Assembly: GCA_033763315.1 (NCBI GenBank)
Contig: JANRKS010000016.1
Coordinates: 128,001-192,000, forward strand
DNA length: 64,000 bases
Source: Deltaproteobacteria bacterium
Lineage (GTDB): Bacteria; Myxococcota_A; Polyangia; Fen-1088
Direction: 5' to 3'
The position numbers were made by a program, and so were the translations under genes. The notes beneath the pieces were generated by a model. The model saw nothing but the letters and a program-made list of their open reading frames with translations, was not told the origin of the DNA and searched no databases. This document shows, piece by piece, positions 56,778 through 64,000 of this stretch (within the stretch, counting starts at the first letter, position 1; the number at the start of each line of letters is the position of its first letter).

Positions 56778-59700
56778 ATGCTTGCTTCTTTGGTTCAATT
56801 TTCAATACGCGCCCGCGGTGCGGTGCTGGCGCTGTTCCTGATTTTGTTGATCGCTGGCGGTTGGGCCGCAGCCACGCTGCCGATTGATGCTTTGCCCGAC
56901 GTTTCCACGGTGCAGGTCTCGGTGCTAACGAAAGCGCCAGGCCTATCGCCCGTGGAAGTGGAACGCACCGTCACAGTGCCGATCGAAAACGGCCTCAATG
57001 GCGTGCCCAGAAACGTTGAGATCCGCAGCGTGTCGCGCTCGGGCCTGTCCGCGGTCACTGTGATCTTCGAGGACAGCGTGGATGTATGGTTCGCGCGCCA
57101 ATTGGTTCTTGAACGGCTGCGTGGTTTGGCCGGCGATCTGCCTCCCACCGCGGAAACCCCCGAGCTAGCGCCTGTGAGCACGGGATTAGGCGAAATCTAT
57201 CAGTTCGTCGTTCGGTCTGATTACCACTCGCCCATGCAGTTGCGCACGCTGCTCGATTGGGAAATCGTTCCGAAGTTGCGGGGCGTGCCAGGCGTGATCG
57301 AAGTGAACACGCAAGGCGGCGAACTCAAAGAATACCAAGTGGTCATCGACCCCGCGCGCCTCAAGTCCTATCAGCTGACCCTGGAGAAAGTGGTTGAAGC
57401 CCTCTCCGGTGCCAACCTGAACGTAGGCGGTGGTTACATCGAACGCAAAAGCGAGTCCTACACCATCCGTGGACAGGGCCTGCTTTCCAACGAACAGGAA
57501 ATTGGCGACGTGGTGGTGCGCGCCGAAGCGGATGGCCCGCCGATTCTGGTTCGACATTTAGGGCACGTGAAAGTGGGCGCGGCCCTGCGCTATGGCGTGA
57601 TCACTTACAACGGCCAAGGGGAAGCGGTCACGGGCACGGTGCTGATGTTGCTGGGCTCAAACAGCCGCGACGTGGTGCGCGCGGTGGCTGAAAAGGTCGA
57701 AGAGGTGCGCAAAGAGCTTCCCGCGGGCGTGAAGATCGAAGTGGTTTACGACCGCGCCGATTTCGTGGGCCGCACCATCTCAACCGTTTTGCACAACCTC
57801 ACCGAAGGCGTTTTGATCGTGGCTTTGGTGCTCACGTTGTTCTTGGGCACAGTGCGCGGCGCCTTGGCCGTGGTGTTGGGCATTCCGGCTTCGATGTCGG
57901 TGGCGATCTTGGGCATGCACGTGTTCAATGTCACAGGCGATCTGATGTCGTTGGGGGCGATCGATTTCGGGTTTCTTGTGGACGGGCCCATCGTCATGCT
58001 CGAAGCCGTGGTGGCGGGCGCGGCGGGTCGCACCCTGCTCGGTGAAGCGCGCAATGGCGAATACGCCAGTATCGCCGGCCGCGTGGCACGGCCCGTGGCG
58101 TTCGCCGTGGCGATCATCATGCTGGTTTACATCCCGCTGCTGGGTTTGCAGGGCGTCGAAGGCAAGATGTTTAGGCCAATGGCGCTGACGATGGCGTCAG
58201 CCTTGTTGGGGGCGCTGATCTATTCAGTGTTCTTCTTCCCTGCAATCTTGGCGTTGATGGTGCCGGTGCCGAAAGGCCACGGGCCACGCTGGGTTGGATA
58301 TTTGTCGCGCCAATACCGCAACATTGTGGCCCCCGTGGTGCATTGGCGCTGGCCTTTGCTCGCCGCCGTTTCGCTGGCCTTGATCTTGGCAGGATGGCGG
58401 TTCTCGAAATCAGGGGCCGATTTCGTGCCGCGCATCTTTGAAGGCGACGCCGTGGTCACCATTCGCCGGGCGCCCAGCATTTCATTGGACGAAGCCCGCG
58501 ATCTGGATCTGCGCGTGGAAAAGGTGCTGCACACCTTCCCTGAAGTGGTGAGTTCGTTGGCCATGACGGGTCGCGCGGAGGTGGCCACCGATCCGGTGGG
58601 CAACGACAACACCGATATCTTGATTCGCCTCACGCCCCAAGATGAGTGGAAAAGCGCCCACGATTTTGACGATCTTTCGGTGCTCTTCAAAGACCGCATC
58701 GAGTCTCAGGTGCCGGGAACGTTCGTATCGGTGTCGCAGCCCATCGAGGACAAAACCAATGAACTTATCAGTGGCTCGCGCGCGGATGTGCAGATCAACA
58801 TCAGTGGCAACGACCTTGAGGAGCTCTCGGCGCTCGCCAACGTCGTGGGCAAACGCGTGGCAAAGATCACGGGCTCCGGCGACGTGCGCATCGAGCGCAT
58901 CGTAGGCGCGCCGACGATCACGGCCAAAGCCGAGCGCGCGCAGATGGCCCGCTATGGCGTTAAAGTGGCGGATGCTTTCGCCGTCATTCAAGGCGCACGT
59001 GAAGGCGTGGAAGTGGGCACGATCTACGAAGGGGAACGGCGCTTCGATTTGCGCGTGCACATGCCCTTGGCAGAGCCCACTGCGGCGGCTTTGGGTGAGC
59101 TGTTCGTCGAAGGCAGCAATGGCGTCACGATCCCTTTACGCGAAGTTGTGGCGTTGTCAGAAGAAGACGGCGTGGCGGCCGTGCGGCGCGGTGACCGCAA
59201 ACGAACGGTGCGCGTGGATGTGAACCTGCGCGGCCGCGACTTGGTGTCTTGGGTGGCAGAGGCACAAGCCGCGGTGGCGGCTGACGTGCCGTTAAAGAGC
59301 GGGTACGCGATCGGCTGGGGCGGGCAATTCGAAAACTTTGAACGCGCGAAGAAACGCCTGGCGATCGTGGTCCCAGCCGCGGTCATGGTGATCTTCGGCA
59401 TGCTGCTGATGATGTTTCAGAACCTTCGCTTCGCCTTGGCGGTGTTCATCACCGTGCCGTTCGCTTTCACGGGTGGCCTTATCGGCTTGATGTTGCGCGA
59501 CTTTCCGTTCAGCTTGCCGGCCGCGGTGGGCTTCATCGCGTTGGGCGGCATCGCGGTTCTCAACGGCGTTGTGATCGCCACCGAAGTGCGGCAAGGCCTG
59601 GAAAAAGGCTTGAGCCTGGACGACGCCATCATCCGGGGCACGTCGGAAGTGATTCGCGCCGTGCTGACCACGGCAGCGGTGGCGGCCTTGGGCTTTTTAC

Positions 59701-59867
59701 CGATGGCTTATTCGAGCACCGCTGGCTCTGAAGTTCAAAAGCCGCTGGCCACCGTGGTCATCGTGGGGATCTTGTTCGGCACGGTGATCACGCTCACCGT
59801 GTTTCCGGGCTTGCTCAAAGTCATGCTGCGCGGGTATGTGCCTGCGGGCCGCATACCGGTGGAATGA
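56778..59867 (+). CDS. czcA: Heavy-metal efflux RND transporter, CzcA family
   Basis: LPIDALPDVS, GLGEIYQF, MSLGAIDFGFLVDG, EGKMFRPMA, GIAVLNGVV, GSEVQKPLATVVI. Start ATG 56778. Confidence 0.95.
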   Translation: MLASLVQFSIRARGAVLALFLILLIAGGWAAATLPIDALPDVSTVQVSVLTKAPGLSPVEVERTVTVPIENGLNGVPRNVEIRSVSRSGLSAVTVIFEDSVDVWFARQLVLERLRGLAGDLPPTAETPELAPVSTGLGEIYQFVVRSDYHSPMQLRTLLDWEIVPKLRGVPGVIEVNTQGGELKEYQVVIDPARLKSYQLTLEKVVEALSGANLNVGGGYIERKSESYTIRGQGLLSNEQEIGDVVVRAEADGPPILVRHLGHVKVGAALRYGVITYNGQGEAVTGTVLMLLGSNSRDVVRAVAEKVEEVRKELPAGVKIEVVYDRADFVGRTISTVLHNLTEGVLIVALVLTLFLGTVRGALAVVLGIPASMSVAILGMHVFNVTGDLMSLGAIDFGFLVDGPIVMLEAVVAGAAGRTLLGEARNGEYASIAGRVARPVAFAVAIIMLVYIPLLGLQGVEGKMFRPMALTMASALLGALIYSVFFFPAILALMVPVPKGHGPRWVGYLSRQYRNIVAPVVHWRWPLLAAVSLALILAGWRFSKSGADFVPRIFEGDAVVTIRRAPSISLDEARDLDLRVEKVLHTFPEVVSSLAMTGRAEVATDPVGNDNTDILIRLTPQDEWKSAHDFDDLSVLFKDRIESQVPGTFVSVSQPIEDKTNELISGSRADVQINISGNDLEELSALANVVGKRVAKITGSGDVRIERIVGAPTITAKAERAQMARYGVKVADAFAVIQGAREGVEVGTIYEGERRFDLRVHMPLAEPTAAALGELFVEGSNGVTIPLREVVALSEEDGVAAVRRGDRKRTVRVDVNLRGRDLVSWVAEAQAAVAADVPLKSGYAIGWGGQFENFERAKKRLAIVVPAAVMVIFGMLLMMFQNLRFALAVFITVPFAFTGGLIGLMLRDFPFSLPAAVGFIALGGIAVLNGVVIATEVRQGLEKGLSLDDAIIRGTSEVIRAVLTTAAVAALGFLPMAYSSTAGSEVQKPLATVVIVGILFGTVITLTVFPGLLKVMLRGYVPAGRIPVE

Positions 59868-59884
59868 GAGCGGCGAACCGCACG

Positions 59885-61222
59885 CTAAGCCGGTTGCGTC
59901 TCTTCAAACTCCACAAGCTGCCCCACGGGCGCGCCCAGAAGTTGTTGCTCACGCATCACTTCATGGCCGCGCACGATTGTGCTCACCGGCCACCCCACCA
60001 CCCGCATGCCGTCGTAAGGAGTCCAGCCGCACGTTGACTTCATCATCGCGTGGGTCAACGTCACCTCGCGTTTGAGATCCACCAAAGTGAAGTCGGCGTC
60101 GTTGCCCAACACCAAACGCCCCTTGCGTGCCATGCCATAAACACGCGCAGGACCTGCGCACACAAGATCCACCAAGCGTTGCAGGGACAAGCGCCCGGCG
60201 TGAACGTGGTTCAACATGACCGGCAACAGCGTTTGCACACCCGGCATGCCCGAGGGTGACTGCGGGTAAGGTTTGGCTTTTTCTTCGCGCGTGTGAGGCG
60301 CGTGATCGGAAGCCACCACATCCACCAGGCCCTCTTGCACAGCTTTCCACAAGGCGTCTTGGTGGCGTTGCTCGCGGATGGGCGGGTTCATTTGTGCAAA
60401 CGTGCCGAGGCGCTCGTAACAATCAGGCGCGGCCAACGTCAGGTGCTGGGGTGTGACTTCAACCGTGGCAAGCGCGCGGTGCTGTGCGAGCTCTTGCATC
60501 TCCTCGGCGGTGGTGATGTGCAACACGTGAACGCGCCGCCCTGTTTCTTTGGCCACGCGCAAACAACGCTGCGTGGCCAACAAAGCCGTCATTTCGTCTC
60601 GCCACACGGGGTGGGCCAACGCGGTGTCCTTCGCAAACGCGTCCTTGCGTTCACGCAGGCGCGCTTCGTCTTCGGCGTGAATGGCCACACGCCGCGAGCC
60701 GTTGCGAAACACCAAACGCAAGAGCTCTTCGTCTTCCACCAGCAGGGTGCCGGTGGAGCTGCCCATAAACACTTTGACGCCGGCGCAGCCCGCGGCCCGT
60801 TCAAGCTCCCGCAACAACGGCGCGCTCTCAGGCGCGGCGCCTACGAAAAAACCGATGTCCACATGCACGCGTCCGCGCGTGCGCGCCACCTTGTCCGCCA
60901 ACGCCGCGGCGGTGGTGGTTGAGGGATTGGTGTTTGGCATTTCCAACACGCAGGTGACGCCACCAAATGCCGCCGCCAATGTGCCTGAAGCCAGATCTTC
61001 TTTGTGTGGAAACCCGGGCTCTCGAAAGTGCACCTGCGAATCAATCACGCCGGGCAACACGGTGAGGCCGGCCGCTTCAATCACGCGTTCGGCTTTGACG
61101 CTTGTCAACGTGCCCACGGCGGCGATGCGCCCGCCCTTGACGGCCACATCGGCGCGCTGCACGCCCCAGGGGAACGCGCAATCACCCCCGCGAATCAGCA
61201 GATCGAACGACTCAGAAGGCAT
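59885..61222 (-). CDS. pyrC: Dihydroorotase (amidohydrolase superfamily)
   Basis: PGVIDSQVHFREPG, EMPNT, KVFMGSSTG, HAEDE, MNPPIR, SDHAPHT. Start ATG 61222 (track start 61333). Confidence 0.9.
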   Translation of the reverse strand: MPSESFDLLIRGGDCAFPWGVQRADVAVKGGRIAAVGTLTSVKAERVIEAAGLTVLPGVIDSQVHFREPGFPHKEDLASGTLAAAFGGVTCVLEMPNTNPSTTTAAALADKVARTRGRVHVDIGFFVGAAPESAPLLRELERAAGCAGVKVFMGSSTGTLLVEDEELLRLVFRNGSRRVAIHAEDEARLRERKDAFAKDTALAHPVWRDEMTALLATQRCLRVAKETGRRVHVLHITTAEEMQELAQHRALATVEVTPQHLTLAAPDCYERLGTFAQMNPPIREQRHQDALWKAVQEGLVDVVASDHAPHTREEKAKPYPQSPSGMPGVQTLLPVMLNHVHAGRLSLQRLVDLVCAGPARVYGMARKGRLVLGNDADFTLVDLKREVTLTHAMMKSTCGWTPYDGMRVVGWPVSTIVRGHEVMREQQLLGAPVGQLVEFEETQPA

Positions 61223-61256
61223 GGGCCGTACTTTAGGCGAAAGTTCGGCCCGTGCA

Positions 61257-63980
61257 CTATGGGCGTTCGGTATAACTTGGATGCTGCGGGTCGCCGCCCG
61301 CCACCAGGAAGGCCAGCAGATCGCGCAGTTCATCCCAGTTCAGGCTGTTGATGAGCCCGCCTGGCATCTGTGATTGCGTTGAAGGTTCAACCTTGGCAAC
61401 ATCCGCGCGCGGCACCGGCACCAGCGCTTGCGGGTTGAACATATTCGGCATCAAGACGATCTCCGTGTCGTCCTCGCGGATCAAGCGCCCGCCCAGGGTT
61501 TCGCCATTCTTCTTGGTGACGATCGCCGCTTGGTATTGATCTGAGATCACGGCACTGGGGTTGATGATCGAATCCAGCAGATCGCGCACCGAGAAGCGCG
61601 CCCCGAGGCCCGTCAGATCAGGCCCCACCGCCCCGCCCTCGTTGCCCACGCGGTGGCACAACACGCACGTGGCGGCCGAGAACATGCGGCGGCCGTTTTC
61701 AAAGTTGCGGCCCTTGAGCGCCTTCGGATCTGACTCCAGCCGCTCCCACACAGAAAACACAGTCCACAAAGATCCTGGGCCCACGGGCGACGGCAACTCG
61801 GCCGTCATGGCGTCATTGGATGGCGTTTCCACCAAGGCCGCCAACTTCTTTTTGTCTGCAGGCGATAGGTGCGAAACAAATTCTTCACGAATCATTTGCC
61901 AAGCGCCGTAGTACATATTGCCGCCACGCGAACTGGTCATCGCCGCATCGATCAGTTTGAGGTACTGTCGCTGCAGCTCCGTGGTCCAGCCGGCCTGCAC
62001 GTTGCGCAAAGTGGAGGCCAACAGCATGCGCTGCGTTTGCGGGCCCATCGCCACCATGTCTTTGACGGTGGCTCCATAGAATTGATTACGCTCGGCAAGC
62101 TCCGCCAAACCAGCCGTATTCGTCACCGCCGCGCTGGCCATCAACGCAACCGTTTTGGGCACCACGGTGGGTGCGTTCAGATACGCCAACACACGCGCCA
62201 GCTCCACGTTGGCGTGATCATCTTGGCTGGGCAAAAGCGGCTCAAGCTGTGCCACCACTTGTTTGGCTTGCGCAGGCGTTGGTTTGCCCAAACGCACAAA
62301 TATAAGCGCGTAGGCGCGCAGCAGCTCAACCAACACATCCGGTGTGGCCTTCGCGGGCTTGACCCGCAACAACGCGTTCACGGCCACAGCTTGATCGCCA
62401 AACACACCGTGACGTGCGAGCGCCAGCATACCCGTGGCAACGGCCTGCGGCTCGGTCAACTGCAACACGCGCTTGCGCCACTTTACCACGGGCTGCGCTT
62501 CAACGGCCAAGCGCGCGGCAGAGCGAAGGAAACGATCGCGGCTGCCAAAGTGAGGCAACGCGGCCTCAACGGCTTTCGGATCCACTTTGCCATGAAAGCC
62601 TTCAAGCGTACGGCGCAGCGTTTGCGCTGCGGTTAACGTATCTTGCGGCTTCACAGCGTCGGTTGCATCGGTGCCAACGTAAGTGATGCGGTAAAGGCCC
62701 GACTGCACCTTGCGACCACCCGTGATGAAATAAAACGCGCCATCAGGGTGAACCACCGCATCCGTCACAGGCAAAGGCGATCCCACAACGAAGGGCTCGG
62801 CTTTGGCCGCATACGCGCTGCCTTGAGGCTCCATAAACACCGCGTGAATCGTGCCGTACGTCCAATCGAGCGCGAACATCGCGTTTTGGTATCGTGCGGG
62901 AAAGCGCGCGCCATAACCAAACACCACACCAGTCGGAGAGGCGGGCCCGGTGTCTAAGATCGAACTTAAGCTGTCGGCGTTCCAGTCGGGCCAATTGGCC
63001 GTGCCAATGCGCCAACCAAAATCAGCGCCACTGGTCACCAAGCACACGCGTGGCGGGCGGTACCACGACGTGCCGAGATCCCATTCCATGTCCGAGTCAT
63101 AGGTCAGCAGATCGCCTTGGCTGTTAAACGCGATGTCGTAGGCATTGCGAAGGCCGTTGGCAAACAACTCCCACGTTTTGCCGTCGCGATCTGTGCGCAG
63201 CACCCAGCCGCCCGGTGAAGGCTTGGGCGTGCCGCCGCTTGGATCTTTGATCTGCGGCAACAACTGATCATCACCCCACACGGCAGGGCTGCGAAACGTG
63301 CTGATATCGGCGGGCAGTTTGGTGAAGTTGCCGCCCACGATGAACAACGATTCTTTATCGGGTCCCAACACCACGGCATGCGGGCCGTGTTCGCCCTGGC
63401 CGCGCAAAGGCTTTAGAAATTCAACCTTATCGAACTGGTCGTCGTTGTTGGTGTCGCGCAGCCGGTATAAGCCGTTGCGATCTTTGTCGTCGTCGGCGGA
63501 AACAACATAGAGGCTGTCAAACGCGTATAGCAAGCCATGCGCGTGGCCCACGTCCACCTTCAAGCGCTCCACCTTCACTTGCTGTTGAGGCCCGGCCGGC
63601 AAAGTTATGCGAAACAGGCCCCGGTGGTGTTGCGACGAGGTGATCAGGCGGCCCTTGTTGTCGACCGCCAAGCTGATCCATGAGCCATCCTTGTCGGGTT
63701 GCGCCGAGTAGAGCCGCTCGACCTTAAAACCCGGCGGCACCTTGATGTCTGCGGGCGACGTGGCGGCACCAGACATGCCCAGGCCAGCGCTCACCCGGGA
63801 CGTCACGGGGGCCAGCGCGGTGCCGCCCCTGGGAGGCACGACGGCAGCCACGGAAGGGCTGGCCTCGGCGGCTGGCCGGGGCGGTGGTGAAGAGGCCTGG
63901 CACCCTCCAAAACACCCGGCAAGACACAGGGCGACACAGGCCCCAGAAACCCTACGATGAAAACGCAATTGCACCGGCAT
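61257..63980 (-). CDS. PVC-type heme-binding protein: beta-propeller dehydrogenase-like domain, HEAT-like repeats and C-terminal cytochrome c
   Basis: Lipoprotein-like leader; VPPGFKVE, GEHGPH, GLRNAYD, DSDMEWD, CVLCH...GPDLT, SQMPGGL. Confidence 0.88.
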   Translation of the reverse strand: MPVQLRFHRRVSGACVALCLAGCFGGCQASSPPPRPAAEASPSVAAVVPPRGGTALAPVTSRVSAGLGMSGAATSPADIKVPPGFKVERLYSAQPDKDGSWISLAVDNKGRLITSSQHHRGLFRITLPAGPQQQVKVERLKVDVGHAHGLLYAFDSLYVVSADDDKDRNGLYRLRDTNNDDQFDKVEFLKPLRGQGEHGPHAVVLGPDKESLFIVGGNFTKLPADISTFRSPAVWGDDQLLPQIKDPSGGTPKPSPGGWVLRTDRDGKTWELFANGLRNAYDIAFNSQGDLLTYDSDMEWDLGTSWYRPPRVCLVTSGADFGWRIGTANWPDWNADSLSSILDTGPASPTGVVFGYGARFPARYQNAMFALDWTYGTIHAVFMEPQGSAYAAKAEPFVVGSPLPVTDAVVHPDGAFYFITGGRKVQSGLYRITYVGTDATDAVKPQDTLTAAQTLRRTLEGFHGKVDPKAVEAALPHFGSRDRFLRSAARLAVEAQPVVKWRKRVLQLTEPQAVATGMLALARHGVFGDQAVAVNALLRVKPAKATPDVLVELLRAYALIFVRLGKPTPAQAKQVVAQLEPLLPSQDDHANVELARVLAYLNAPTVVPKTVALMASAAVTNTAGLAELAERNQFYGATVKDMVAMGPQTQRMLLASTLRNVQAGWTTELQRQYLKLIDAAMTSSRGGNMYYGAWQMIREEFVSHLSPADKKKLAALVETPSNDAMTAELPSPVGPGSLWTVFSVWERLESDPKALKGRNFENGRRMFSAATCVLCHRVGNEGGAVGPDLTGLGARFSVRDLLDSIINPSAVISDQYQAAIVTKKNGETLGGRLIREDDTEIVLMPNMFNPQALVPVPRADVAKVEPSTQSQMPGGLINSLNWDELRDLLAFLVAGGDPQHPSYTERP

Positions 63981-64000
63981 CTACTGGCACAGTCTGGGGC

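Noticed and set aside
59885-61222. Inactive dihydroorotase because of QxH instead of HxH
   Set aside because: D[ST]QVHFREPG is a recurrent natural variant in this subfamily, and the other metal and catalytic residues are present.
61222-61333. Long overlap between pyrC and the heme-protein gene
   Set aside because: Artifact of the ORF-track start; using ATG 61222 leaves a normal 34-nt gap.

Overview
GC-rich bacterial DNA, most consistent with a myxobacterium (Myxococcota): a Myxococcales-type sigma-70 with a Zn-finger Ser/Thr kinase, many Gly-rich-stalk lipoproteins and Tat substrates. The left ~41 kb is accessory-type and dominated by five paralogous two-gene cassettes, each an N-terminally lipidated DUF1592/DUF1588-type protein with a CxxCH motif followed by a Tat-exported DUF1552 (HXXSHH) protein, plus one orphan DUF1552. 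These are interleaved with a GH78 rhamnosidase, CBM11-, Cip1-, LamG- and BNR-like stalked lipoproteins, an esterase, a beta-propeller histidine kinase/NarL pair, an M4 protease and Prc. The right ~22 kb is more housekeeping: DsbD plus redoxin, ChaN, a nucleotide-sugar dehydrogenase, HU, NatAB-CPBP, Crp, a MinD/FlhG-type ATPase, Fur divergent from czcCBA, dihydroorotase and a PVC-type heme protein. The best candidate for an undescribed system is the repeated DUF1592+DUF1552 module, which may form a polysaccharide-utilisation-like locus lacking SusC/SusD (inference). I recognised no rRNA, tRNA, CRISPR array or intact IS. All family assignments come from motif recognition by eye, not database searches; several starts were moved from the ORF track using RBS, overlap and signal-peptide logic.
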